A stretch of 64,000 nucleotides of DNA from NCBI RefSeq assembly GCF_009914755.1, contig NC_060925.1; one strand, written 5' to 3'. The notes below the pieces were generated by a model, which saw only the letters and a list, made by a program, of their open reading frames with translations, did not search any database and was not told the DNA's origin. The stretch comes from the human T2T-CHM13v2.0 reference genome, Homo sapiens. Every line of letters begins with the position of its first letter. The first letter of the stretch is position 1. The position numbers and the translations under genes were made by a program. This document shows, in pieces, positions 12,810-25,952 of the stretch.

Positions 12810-15050
12810 GACATTGAATCTGAAATTCCCAGGAAAATCCCTGTAAACCTGTTGCTTGCCACAAATAACTGGCTTCTACCAGTAGCATTCTACTAAAAAA
12901 AAACCGTATGTGGCATTATCCCTTATTTATAGATAAAGAAAATAAGGGCCAGAGAAGTTTCCATTCAGATTCTGAATCTAATGCTCTTCATAAGAAACTG
13001 TTTTGCATGCTAACTAATGAATAATAAATTAGAATACAGAGTCAATGTCAGCCTTTTGTATACAGTTCTGTATTTGTTTCAAGATATTAACCTCATCTAG
13101 TTATTCACAACCACCCTTAAAGCAGGTTCTTAAATGACAAGACTGAGGCCCAGAAAGTGTCATCTGTACAAGGTAACACAACTGGACAGTGAACTAGTTT
13201 CCTGGTTTCCAGTTTTTTTATGATTTGTGTCATATTCTTCACCAATCTTTTAAAGCCTCATCCATCATAAAGTATATTATTTAACATTTTATTCACCAAG
13301 TTTGATCACTAATATTTTCCATCCCCATTGTAGACTACAGGCTGTCCTTTTCACACTTAAATCTGTGAAACTGAGAGAAGAGCATGAGAATCAAGAAGAT
13401 GTTATTGTTTATTCAATAAGGTAATGTTTACTTCCACATCTGGGAGGGAGGAGATTTTGAAAGGAAGAATAGACAAGGAATATATATGACTTAAAACACT
13501 CTCTGAGTTCAAGGAAACAATCCTTTTAATTGTTACTGATACTGTTGGACATAGATAACAAATAATATATCATTTCGATCCTGTAAAAAATCAAGCAGTC
13601 TATTCATTGACTAAAATAATAAAGCCTGACTGAAAAATCCACATGCAAAAAATCCCAATGGCTGCTTTGCATGCTCTAGTTAGTTCAAGCTGAAATTTTT
13701 AATATGCGGTTTGCATTTGCTTTCATGCCCCAGTGCACTCAAATTTCAGTATTATTCAGTTTCTTGAGGATCCCAAATATGAACAACCTTAATAAACAAT
13801 ATTTTCCTCCACTTCCTATATGAGCGTTTAAGGTTATTGCTCTATATTGCTTTTGCTGTAGCCTGAGATCATCAAAAGGATAATTGGTATATGTAATGAG
13901 CTGACCTTGACATCTTCTTCAACCAACTTTAAAAATAAACAATTTTTGGTGGGTCTCTGATGGATTCTCTTTTTTAATTTGTCTGCTTTTCTTGTGTATT
14001 TTATTCCTTTTTGCTTGTGTGGCAAAGGCACTGAATGTTGATGACTGAAAGTTTGGATCTTTTCCAGGCATTTATTTTGGGACAAGTTCTCAGTCTCTTG
14101 GCACAAATACCTACCTGCCACCCCCGTCCTGCCCTCTCCTCCCCACAGTATGACCGACATACATCTACCCTTTCTCCCTTATGTACTGGGAAGAGTGGGA
14201 GTTCTTCTGACAATCTCTATAAACTTAAGTATTTATAGAAAATTTCTGGGTAGACATAGATAAGGCCTAGGGAGTTTATTAAGGATAATAAAACTAGTTG
14301 CTTTACTTTTTTTAAATAAAATATTCTTAAACCACTTCTGAGCCATTCTATCATTAAATTTGCTTCTACCTTGAAACTTTCCTTAATAGTCAATTCTTGC
14401 GCAACTTCCTTTTTCCCTTTGACAGCATGAAGCATTTTATTCACATGAGTTTTCCTGGTATAAACATTTGTATTTTAAGGAGTTGGAAGATGCAGCTCAC
14501 GGTAGACTCTTCTCTCTTTTCTACATCCCACTATTCATTTAAGGATCCTAATTCTTAGAGTTTGCACTTTCATATTCTCATGCCATAATATTCTGAGTAT
14601 GGTGAAGCTTTGAAATGCAAGTTAGAAGGTCTGAATGTTACTAGATTGACTTTGATTAGTCAATAACCTCTTTACTTCTTATTGGTGAAACACATGTATA
14701 ATAACTAGAAATCAACTGATCTATACATTTGCTTTGACAAATAAGTGTAAGTAAAGTTAGAGAAACAGTGCTGGGTAAATAGTGCATAAAAGAATTGCAA
14801 AGAAAGGGATTCTTGTTATTTAATTGGCTTGAATTAAAGAAAAAACAGTTTTTTCAAACATTATAACATGATTAGCTTAAAAAGACCTTCCTGCTGAATA
14901 GTGTAAGATATTTTTTCAAAATATACCTCAATAATAATAATAATTTTTCAGCAGTCCTAAGAGTGTAAGTAAAATAATATTATATGTTTTGTTTTTTTAA
15001 AAGAGTAAAGTACTCTCTTTTATGCCTCCTCAATTCATTCCTTCTCTTGT

Positions 15051-15086
15051 TCCAAGTTCCATATTAGGTCCAAGTTCCATATTAGG
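15051..15086. repeat. Perfect 18-bp tandem duplication (tccaagttccatattagg x2)
   Basis: Directly visible. Confidence 0.95.
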
Positions 15087-15734
15087 CATAAAAATTCCTG
15101 TAATTATTTCATATCCCAACAGTTTCTACCTCTGAACTGTTCTTTATATATTTCATATAACTTATTACATTTATTCTAATACTTTCTTTTACACAATGTT
15201 ATTGTTATTCTCTAGAATTTTAAGAAATGTCCTCCATCTTCTAAACTGAATTTTAATTTACTCGAAAAAAATGATTGCATAGTCTCATTTACTCTCAAAG
15301 TTTTATCTACTAATGCAGAATAAGTCTTAAGAAATTATTCAAGATTTAGCTTTGTCTGCAGTTCTTTTGCATTGGAATGTATAAACATTACTGTAGGCTC
15401 AATTCATATTAGTCTACTTAAGTAAACAAGAAACAGTTAATTATGATCAATTTCTCAAACTTATATACTATTTCCTTCAAGAAAAGAACTTTGTTTTGAC
15501 ATGTGTAACATTCACTGTAATCCACTGTAGTATCAAAACAAAAATCTTTGTGTTATGGAAAGGGAAGCAATAACTAAAGTTTTGCAATAAACATATTTTA
15601 CATTTTACTGTGTTCTATGTTTTACAAAAATGTTTTTATGTGCCTTTTGAAGGTAAAAACAAAACACATTTTAATGTTATAACATCGTTTAATAACGAAT
15701 ATTAGGTTTTACTTGGAGTTATTTGAGAAACAAT

Positions 15735-15965
15735 AAGGCATGGTGGAAATATTAGAATCAGAATGCCTAAGTTTGAATCTTGACCCCATCACTTGCAAGC
15801 TGTGTGAACTTTGTCAAGTTACTTAACCTCTCTGTGTCTCATTTTCTTCATCTGTAAAACAGGAATGATTACAATAATTGGTTGTAATATATTAATACAT
15901 ATCATGCATTTAAAGTCAGGCCTGGAACTTAATTAGCACTGGGTAAGTTTCTGCTTATATTATTA
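15735..15965 (+). mobile_element. MIR SINE
   Basis: Core gctgtgtgaactttgtcaagttacttaacctctctgtgtctcattttcttcatctgtaaaa. Confidence 0.85.
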
Positions 15966-16316
15966 TTTGGGGAAAATTTTCAATGTATCATGATTTTTTG
16001 TTGTATTCAGATTTATTATCTAAAATATAATATAAAAATGGATCTACTGGAGTTGATAAAATAGTTTTATTTCTCTAATTGTGATGCAAGAAACATAGGT
16101 ATAACCAGAGTGTGTTAAACTTTCCTGTAAGCTATGCTCCACCAAGTACATCAGACAATTCATTATTATGTGCTCAATAGATACCTGCTTGTTGTCAATT
16201 AACTGCATAGCTGACTTTCTATTGCTGGATAAGTGTTAAAATTTAGTCTCTTTAAATTTATTTTGCTTGCTTAAGTGGCAGGCTTTTTTGGATAATTGAA
16301 ATATACACACAGAAGT

Positions 16317-16363
16317 TATATATATATATATATATATATTACACACACACACATATATATATA
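16317..16363. repeat. (TA)n/(CA)n microsatellite
   Basis: Directly visible. Confidence 0.9.
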
Positions 16364-16379
16364 TCTTCTTTAGTCTTCT

Positions 16380-17390
16380 ATATATGACAAAAAACATATT
16401 TTATAAAGAGTATAAATCTCTCCAATGCTACTCTATTCCTCTGATAAGTATCCTTATAATCCCATTTTCCAGAGGTTTGCTTCATATTCCCCCTAGTTTT
16501 TTATATGCCATGTAAGCATAGCTATGTGTTTATATATATGCATACACAGGATGCTTTTTCTCATAAAATTGGGATTTGCCACTCATAATGATCTTCTATT
16601 GTGTTTTTTCATATCACGTACTTCTTACTTGATTAATACATATAGACATCACCTTATTCTTTTCTAATTTCTTTTGAAAATTCAGAAGCATGTAAAAACA
16701 TATGTACAATGATATATGTAGCTATATAGTGAACATCCATACATCCATTACTCAGGTTAAGAAGAACATTGCCAGTATATCAGAAACTCTATCTAATAGC
16801 TACAATAGTGTTCCAGTTTATGTCTATATCTTAATTCATTTCACATTCACTTATCAATAGATATTTAAGTTGCCCCTAATATTTTGCAGTTACTAATAAT
16901 GCTGTAATGAACATCTTCTATTTTACTTTTACATTCTCATGTAGCTGTGCCTACATGATGAATTCTTAGAAGTGAGATTCGTAGGTAATAGGATGTATAC
17001 TTTTCATATTTGAACAGAAAAAACTAAATTATCCTCCAAAAGTTTGTGTAGATTTGTACTTCTACCAACAGTATAATAGAGTTCGTTTCCCCAGACCCAG
17101 CACATATCCAACAGTTGTTGTTTTCAATATTTTTAATTTTTCTAATCTGATTAGAAAAAATTTATATTTATTTTAATTTCTATTTCTTAGCTGGTGAAGT
17201 TTAGCACAATTTTATATATTTATTATGTACTTGTATTTCTTTGGAGAATTGCCCTTTCATGTACAAAACCCATTGATACTACTGGATTTGTTTATGCTTC
17301 CTTACTAATTTGTAGTAATTCTTTATAAAACAGATATATAAGTCCTTTGTTATATGTCACATGGATTTTCTTCCGGGTATTATTTTAAAG
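16380..17390 (-). mobile_element. Ancient L1ME/L1M fragments
   Basis: taataatgctgtaatgaacatctt, ttcttagaagtgagatt, tacttctaccaacagtataatagagtt, aattctttataaa are antisense L1M 3' region motifs. Confidence 0.6.
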
Positions 17391-17828
17391 TTTTTTATGT
17401 ATCACTGAATGCTTGAAGGTACAGATACTGTAAGGTTCAAGAATTAATATTTAATAAGCTATTTTTTTCACACATATTTCCTCACAGTATTTTAACCTCT
17501 TACAGAAAGGTTATTTAAAGCGGTTGGATTACTGAATGTAAAACTGCATTTGCCATTTTGGTTTCCATTTGTGGATATGCACCTACAAATCAACTAATTT
17601 GTGCTTAATTTTTTTCATTCTCATGGACAGAGGGTGTTAAATTGCTAAGAACCCTGTAGTCTTAGAGGACCATTTTAGAGGTGTGTATCTAGTTTTCCAA
17701 AGAGGCAATTTATTTCTATATCAAATGAATCTTTATATAAAAGCTATCTATTCTTCAGTAAAAGTGCAATTACACTAGTTTAGAGTTAAATTAATTCTCA
17801 AGACTTCAAATCACCTTTCTTAACAAAC

Positions 17829-18143
17829 GTTTTTTTTCGTTTGTTTGTTTTTGAGACAGTGTCTCACTCTATCGCCCAGGCGGGAGTGCAGTGGCGCGAT
17901 CTTGGTTCACTGCAACCTCCGCCTTCTGGGTTCAAGCGATTCTTGTGCCTCAGCCTCCTGAGTAGGTAGGATTACAGGAGAGTGCCACCACACCTGGCTA
18001 ATTTTTTTTTTTTTTTGTATTTTTAGTAGAGATGGGGTTTCACCATGTTGGCCAGGCTGGTCTTAACTCCCGACCTCAGGTGACCTGCCTGCCTTGGCCT
18101 CCCAAAGTGCTAGGGTTACCGGCGTGAGCCACCATGCCCGGCA
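17829..18143 (-). mobile_element. AluSx-like element
   Basis: Full antisense dimer; TSD ttaacaaa(c/g)gtt. Confidence 0.95.
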
Positions 18144-19344
18144 TTAACAAAGGTTCTTATATGTACCTCTAGTGTGTCTCTTGGCATATTTCTAGAAGTT
18201 TTTTGTTTCTAGTATTTGTTTTATTTCTAGAATTTGTTATGAAAGAAACTTTGAATGTGATTGATAGAAAGGTGAGAAAATCCTAGAAAAACTGATAATC
18301 TATTAAATAATAGCTTGGATTCTTTATATATTGCTAATATAAAAGAATAATTGCTCTCTATATAGAGAAAACTATGCTTAACATTATGTGTACAAGAAAA
18401 AGAACACACTTTTTCAAAAGTTATTAAATTAAAAATCATAGCCAATGTTTTAATGGGTTATATACCTCTGAGAAGTAAGGAATGTGTCTTATTGACAGCC
18501 TGTAAATAGTACAGATATTCTGTCACTTGAATTTTTAAAATTTGCTGTTTTCTAATTTGATTTAAAATTTTTTGGTTTAGTATCTATAGAAAAAAATGAA
18601 AGAATAACCTATTTTGAGAAACAGGAACATCTGATCTATACTTTCTAAAGACTGTAACAATCTTCACAACATAATTTCTCTCTAAATATGTTTAGTACAT
18701 TTAATGTGTTTTTAGTATGTTAGCAAATAAATATATTCTCTCTATTTTTTCATTCTCTGCTAATTGTATCCCGCTTGTTGTTTAGTTTATATGCATGAAG
18801 TAACTGAATGCTGGCAAGAGCTTTTAGCTGGGCTCAGCTTTTAGCAAGCCAAAAAATTTTGAAAGAAGACGGGCATTCTTTAGCTTCCAAAATGTTGACT
18901 CTGGATTTAGCAGCCACTAAGTAATAATAGACTACCCACTGCCTCAAAGGTCAGAACCACAGACTGATTAGGACATCATGATTATGTGAAGAAAGAAACA
19001 TTGGGTTATCTAGTGCCAAGTTTGAATGGGATTGTGTTCTGTGACCTACTTTCCTTAGATCAGTTTGCTCTCTATGGATAGAACATGCAGCAGTATTCTC
19101 TGGAGACTATTAACAGTTATTATTCAAAATTTAAAGGTTTTAAAGAAGTCATATTAATTATTCTAGCCTACGCAGCGATATTATCGATATGGTTAATTTG
19201 TTTGAACTATATGATGTAAAGAACATTATAATGTACAAAAATAAAGACAAGCAATGTTACTGGAAGACTTGATGTAATCAAGTATTATAAACTTCACTGC
19301 TACCTATGTAGGTTACACAGATCGCGTTACATTGTTGATAGATA

Positions 19345-20310
19345 CATATTTAAATAACAGTTTTAGTCACATACATAAAATTCATCCTTTTAACATGTAC
19401 AATTCAGTGGTTTTTAGTATATTTACAGAGTTATACAACCATCATCACTATTTAATTTCGGAATATTTTTATCAATCCAAAAACAAGCCCTATGCCATTA
19501 GCAGTTACTCCCCAAAGGTGGTTCTTTGGAATAATTGGCAAAATTGATAAGCCACTGACTAGACTGACCAAGAAAATAAGAGAAAAAACACAAATAACAA
19601 ATGCAGACTTGAAAGAGATAATAAGAGTATATGTTTATTATATTATCATAAACAACTTTGTCAATAAATTTGAAAATTTAGATGAAAATTTCAAATGGAC
19701 AAGTTCCTAGGAAAACATACTATACTAAAGGCAAAGAAAAAAGACAAAAAACTGAATAGTAACCATTCTAATAACTGTTACAGAAAATGAATTCATGTTC
19801 AAAATCCTTTCCACAAAGAAAAGTCCAGGTCCAGATAACTTTACCAGTGAATTGCATCAAAAATTTAAGGAAAAGATGAATCTCTTCTGTTAGAATCTAT
19901 TCTGATAGATTAGGATCTGTTCTAACACAAACTCTTCCATAAAATAGAAAGTAAGCAACTTTCTTTCTGTTTCAGAAGACCAGCATAACCTTGTCACCCA
20001 AATTCAAGGACATTATGAGAAGAGAAAATTACGAGGGAAACATTTTATTATCTCAATGATGCAGAAAAAGCATTTGATAAAATATAACATCCTTTTTTGA
20101 TAAACCGAAAAATTGTAACTAGGAATATAAAGGAACTTCATTAATCTGATAAGGGTCTCTACAAAGAAACAATTAGCAAATATAATACCTACTGGAGATA
20201 TGCCAAAAGCTTTATCTTTAATATCTGGAGGAAGGCAAGGATAATCACTATCACCACTTATATTCAGCCTTGTTCTAGAGGCCTGAGCAAGTGCAGTAGG
20301 GTGAAAAAAA
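19345..20310. mobile_element. Old L1M pieces: antisense 3' end (~19345-19515) abutting a sense ORF2 remnant (~19516-20310)
   Basis: tacaattcagtggtttttagtatatttacagagtt (antisense 3' UTR), then tggttctttggaataattggcaaaattgataagcc and gatgcagaaaaagcatttgataaaat (sense ORF2 RT region). Confidence 0.75.
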
Positions 20311-20323
20311 CATACACTAAAAA

Positions 20324-20586
20324 TTTTTTTTTTATTATACTTTAAGTTTTAAGGTACATGTGCACAATGTGCAGGTTTGTTACATATGTGACATGTTGGT
20401 GTGCTGCACCCATTAACTCGTCATTTAACATTAGGTATATTTCCTAATGCTATCCCTCCCCACTCCCCCCACCCCACCACAGGCCCTGGTGTGTGATGTT
20501 CCCCTTCCTGTGTCCATGTGTTCTCATTGCTCAGTTCCCACCTATGGGTGAGAACATGCTGTTCTCACTCATAGGTCACATGTTCT
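20324..20586 (-). mobile_element. L1PA 5'-truncated 3' end with fold-back 5' junction
   Basis: T-tail plus L1PA 3' UTR; TSD-like aacatacactaaa / aacacacactaaa; inverted copy at 20560-20576. Confidence 0.9.
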
Positions 20587-22079
20587 AACACACACTAAAT
20601 TTATAAGAGTGATATCCCTTTCCTATTCAGATATTGACCTGCAGAAAAATAAATCTTTTATAATTTAAAACAAAATAAAAAATGCTATTGAAATTACTCC
20701 TTAATCAGCTTAACAGGTTTTACTAGAAACATCCTACCTATGCCTGACTCACTGTAGAGAGTATAAACCAGACAGGAAGCAATGTGTCTTGCAGTGAATT
20801 AAAGATAAGCGAATAAAATCATCTTTTAAAAAGAACTAACTCACTGTTAAGGTCTTTTCTGATTATGGGCTATGTTCCATGGGTTTAGTAGTAATCATTA
20901 CTTTATTTCAATTGTAGATTTACTTAGGAAATAAATAGTATTTTCTTATTGATTGAATGACTTAATTTATTCTGATGTTCAGCCAGGTTTCTTATCAAAA
21001 GTGGCAGAAACTAATTGGCTAACTGAAGTGAAGGGAATTTCTAGAGAAGGCTTCAGGGTCACAGAACTTAGAGGAGACTGGGGCATGGGAGGCTTGTAAA
21101 TAGGCAGGAACCAAAAGGTCACCAGAGCCAAAAAGCATGAAGCAGCTGGGAGTTATTGCATCCACGCTGGATGGTCTGATCAGGGTGCCACCACCACTGC
21201 TGCCACCGTCCTCCAGTCCTGGCATCACTCATACCTACGAAGTGCCATGAGCAACCATCTGACTCACCTCACTCATGTGCTGGGCTGCCCAAGTCTTAGT
21301 TCTCACTTTAAGACTACACAGTTAATTCCCCAAGAAGAAACTGGCTAAGTGTCTTTTACATAGCAAGAAGCAGAAACATATGTTTTCGTCTTTTAAAAAT
21401 AATTTTGAATTTTGTTAATGGCATAGGTTTTACTCAAGCATACATATCACAACATTAGAAGGGACTTTACTCTTCCTTTAGCCAAAACTCTTATGTTGAA
21501 TTAGGCATTAAACAAGAAATAAAAGTGAGTATTGGCATTGAAGAGTGAAATATTAATATATGATGAACCTTTGTGAATAAGTCATGTGTGAAACAGCCTT
21601 GTCGGAATCAAAAGGTAAGAGTGCATTCCACATTCTTTGCAGAACTAGAGAAGAGTGTTGCATTCAGGTCATGACCCCGCCGTATTTTCAATTACCTAAC
21701 TAGCCTCTTCACATGGTTTCCTACATCAATGCATTCAGTTTGGGGCGTTCTGAGGTTGAGCTCAAGCTCAATATGTATAAAACTGAACTCATCTCTTCCA
21801 CACCTGCTACTTCTCCTGTTTTCCCAATATTGATAAATGCACCACTATCCAATCTAGTCACATAATCCAGAAACTCAGGATTCATAGATGATCATTCCAT
21901 ATCTTACCCTACACATGCTGTCATACCACTACATTCTGTCAATTCTTCCTCCATCTTGCTTTTTGAATGTGTGCCTTCCTCCCTTCCCTTTTGCTAATAT
22001 CTTGGTTCAAATTCATGGTATCTGTATTTCTCACCACCCAACTTATCTTGCAGTTTAGTTTAATTTTAGTAGGTCCCAT

Positions 22080-22800
22080 TGTTGCCAGTAAGCCAGTTCA
22101 GGTTCTTGTTTTTGCTTCACAAAATAATTTGAGAATGAGTCCAAAGTAAGAGTAAGCAAAGAAGTTTATTGCAAAGCAAAAGTGCACTTTGAGAGGCAGA
22201 ATGGGTTACTCCAAGGGAGAGACAGCAGTTAGTGCCTTAGGAGGAATTTCTTTTATGGGAGTGGTACATACATATTCATAAAATACTGGTGAGGTCAAGT
22301 ATGTAAAGGTAGACCTGCAGCTGGCACATGTACTCAGTATCTACATGCTTTAACAGGTATCACATGTAACATTAGCAAATAAAATCTCCACCTAGGGCTG
22401 TCTTTTTTACTATTAAAATGAGGAAAATGTTACTATTAATATAAGCTAAAACTTGACACTTGTTGCATATGTGGGATCCTGGAGAAGTCCCTGTCCCCCA
22501 ACCTCCAGGCAGGAATTTGTAGCTAATAGCTTCTTGGGCTTTTGGTGCTGATTGGCTGGAGATGGGGGAAGCTACATCAGGAATATGGGGCTTCTGTTCT
22601 CTTTCCCGGGCCATCCTGGGTATCAGAAACTTGTAACCATCTGGTGGTCTGCTCATATAATGTAGGATCACCTATCTTGCAAAAGAGTTAGGTGCTGATG
22701 CACAAAGGTGCAGGTGAAAAGGACCCACTGGTGAAAGATGCCTGCTAGGCTTCACAAAAGGGGACAAATCTGTATGGCCTTCTACCCTCACCCTGCCTCA
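22080..22800 (-). mobile_element. ERV1-class solo LTR (MER61/MER83/LTR9-like group)
   Basis: TG...CA termini (tgttgcc...ctgcctca), 4-bp TSD ccat on both sides, antisense polyA signal tttatt near the left end. Confidence 0.8.
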
Positions 22801-22959
22801 CCATAGGATATCAAGTGTAGGCCATTAATTGCAGTGTCAGCCATATATCTCACGACTTATTCCCATTTTATCTGGGCTACCTAAATTCTGAATATATCCT
22901 CCATTTTCATGTAACTTAGCTTTTAATATGTTGCTGTTTAGTTAATCTTTCTACCTGCT

Positions 22960-23305
22960 TCAATCACTGCTGTCCTTCTTGTTTGCTTGGTAAACTTCTA
23001 CTCCAAACTTCCAGTTTCAGTTTTACTGAATTTTCCCTGAAGACCTTCCCATATCAACCACCACCTTCCCAAGTAGACTCAAGCAAAGATTTCCTCTGAG
23101 CTCCCATAGCACCTGTACATACTTCCCTAGATCGCTTCCATACTCATTATTTGTTTATATGTCTGTTTTTCCTTTTGGACTGGAAGCTTCTTGAGTGCTG
23201 GGACTGTTGCTCGTTTACAGTTGTGTTTTCTCCCCTTAACACATGCATTTAGTGCCTGGTTCACCATAGGCAATGAAACATGATTGTTTAATAAATGAAT
23301 GAAGC
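22960..23305 (+). mobile_element. L2 3' end fragment
   Basis: ttggactggaagcttcttgagtgctgggactg...agtgcctgg...aataaatgaatgaa tail. Confidence 0.7.
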
Positions 23306-24944
23306 ATGCATCATTGAATAGAGCATGTAGACAAAGATGAGACTGTAGAAAACTCCAGAAGTCAAGCTGAGGGAGTGCCTTTGTACCCTGACTGTGTCCT
23401 GCCTTTTACCCAAGCTGCACTCAAAATGGAGGAACTTCAGGAAAGTAGCCCTTATCAATCCCAGATTCTAAAACCTCTTCTCCCTTGTTTTCCCCAATTA
23501 TTATTTCCTCATTGCATACCTAGACTACAAACTCTGCCTTCTGCTCCCATTTCTAGCCTAGAACTTGCCTCGGAAACACCTCACCGTGGATTTGGTCCAT
23601 TCACCTGTGAGCCTCAGTGTTCCTCCTTACACACAGTTTATTCCGTCTTCTTCTTGCCATTTTATCTCAAGTGACTACATTCTGAGCCAGCCTTTGACCC
23701 CCCAGACTATGCTTCAGTGTTGGTTCTTATGTCCCACACTGCTTTGAGGGGTCAGGCCTAAAGGTAGGGAGAGATGTATAAGGCAGTGCCATGATAAATA
23801 TCAGCCTAATTTCACGAGAGAAATAAAAGAGTCACGGGAGAGAGTCCAGAGTACCACCCTGACAATTTTATCTGAAAACATCTCTTTGTTTTAATGCCGC
23901 TTTTCATAGCCTAGTATACACATACCACATGAGTCCACACATGCATGCCTTCTTCCTTTCATTTATTTCTTTTGGCCTTTATTGAGCTCTTTCTGATCAC
24001 CAATCACTATGCTAGGCTCTAGAATAAAATATTTCAGAATAAAGAAGTTTCCCCTGCTCTTCCAATTGCTTATAATCTGGGAAGGAAAGATAGTTCCATG
24101 AGTGATAATTACAGGATAATAAAATAAATATGTCAATTGAACACTGGCCCAATAGTAACAAAGCAAAGGGAAATGCAGTCATAAAGGTAACACCGAGTGC
24201 CTGACAAACCAAGAATATTAAATACTTCATCCGAGGCTCTCCGTAACCCGCCCTATCCTATCTTTTCCAACCTTATTTCTTTATACTGTTACATACTCTA
24301 AACTCCAACCAAAGGTAAGACTACCATAGAAGATGCCCATTATGAAATTTAGACAGTTTATTTTGGGGATACATTTTCTTATAGTTCCATGAATACCAAA
24401 AGGGCTATGGCAACAGCTTGTAATTTCTATAGTCTTGTAATTCAACATGGCAAAGTAAGGTTGATCTATTTTGGGAAGGTATTTTGATAGGGTAACTTTG
24501 TGTTAAATATAGTCAGCCTTCTGCTAGCATTATGTATAATGACAAATAATCTAAATGTAGTTTCACAGATAATCTAAAGTCACGTGCAGGTTTACAATGT
24601 ATTTTCTGCCTTCCTGCTCTGCCATCTCTCCTAGGAAGGATATCCCATAGTTTTGCCCTTTTTAGGCTAATGTTAACAATCACAATTTAATGTTAACAAA
24701 CATTTTCTAACCACATGCCACTGTTGATATGTTTCTGATGGATAATGAGGAAGGAAACTGTTTAACAACTAAACATTGTCTTGCATTATCCCTAAATGCA
24801 TAATCAGATATATGTTAAAATGACACATTTTTCTCTTGTGTGTGTGTGTGCAAACAACTTGCATAAAAATAGTCTAACTTCTGTACCAAAGAGGTGTACA
24901 ATACATGTAACTATAGTGTTCACTTGTAGTATGTTAGAACCCAC

Positions 24945-25160
24945 CTTTGGGTGGAGTTACACTACTGCCAACGGATTTAGTTGTTGTGGTTTATTCTAAC
25001 ACTTTCGGTCACTTTGAACAATCAAGGGTGTTTGATCCAACGTTAGAAGACTGCATTTCATGAGAACCAAGACAACATCTACTACAGCTGTCTGGGCCAG
25101 CAGCGTGCGTCACACCACAGACAGCCTGCCCAGCCACTTCTTTCCGGTTCCTGTTTTTGT
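24945..25160. promoter_or_regulatory. Candidate enhancer (RUNX/ETS/E-box/MYB motif cluster)
   Basis: Non-repetitive island with retained CpGs: CAACGG 24969, TGTGGTT 24985, CAGCTG 25085, CGTCA 25108, ACCACA 25114, TTCCGG 25142, TTCCTG 25148. Motif evidence only. Confidence 0.4.
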
Positions 25161-25782
25161 CTGAAAATGGCAAAGTTGGGAATTAAAAATTAGTTGTAAG
25201 AGCCCCCAAATGTAATTCTTTGTAATCAAATGTAACTGTTGGCAAAAGCACATTTGTTTTTGAAATCAAATATAAATGTGCATACAGTATTGATTCCTTT
25301 TTAAAATAAATTTAAATATATCTGATGAAGCAGCACAGTTACACCCTTTTCCTTCTGCATTTTTAATCTTTATCAGAACACTAGCTCTCCAGACTTAGAT
25401 TACAAGTGTGCTCTGTTTCCCTTTGCCTCAAACTCTTTCCTTGGTAACTAACTGCACTGCTGCTTCTGTGGCCTCATTTTAATTTCATGCTTCAGCAAAT
25501 GCAATCTGGCCCTGCTCTCAACAAACTGCTTAATCAAAGCTTGCCCATCTCCCAACCTCATTGGCCACTTTCAGGTAATCATTTTATCAGTCTTTTTTAA
25601 AGTCTTCAACACCAACTATCTATGCACTCTTCTCTTTACTGTTGTTAACTCGCAAATATCTTTCAGTCCTCTTTTCCACTCTAACTCTTAGATTTGTGCT
25701 GAATGTCTTTGGACCTTTTCTTTCCTCTCTCACTTATTTTCTTCCACAGCTTTTTTTTTTAAATGCTAAAATGAACTTAAAA

Positions 25783-25918
25783 ACACAAAAGTAATGAATG
25801 TCTGTTGTAACAATACAAAGAGTACAGTGAACTATCCAGTAACAAATTAGCTGTCTTTCCTTCTTCCCATATGTATACACACATACATTTATATATTTGT
25901 ATTTACATATATGTATAT
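25783..25918 (+). repeat. 136-bp direct repeat, copy 1 (left flank of L1PA)
   Basis: 130/136 identical to 27539-27674 by manual alignment. Confidence 0.95.
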
Positions 25919-25952
25919 CATATATTCATACATATATGTATTTACCAATGAC

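Noticed and set aside
19165-19335. CpG-containing unique stretch, possible ancient conserved element
   Set aside because: No family, ORF or structure recognisable by eye; needs conservation data
19345-20310. Twin-priming inversion of one old L1
   Set aside because: The sense ORF2 piece ends mid-RT, far from the antisense 3' UTR breakpoint, and there is no TSD; cannot be distinguished from two unrelated fragments
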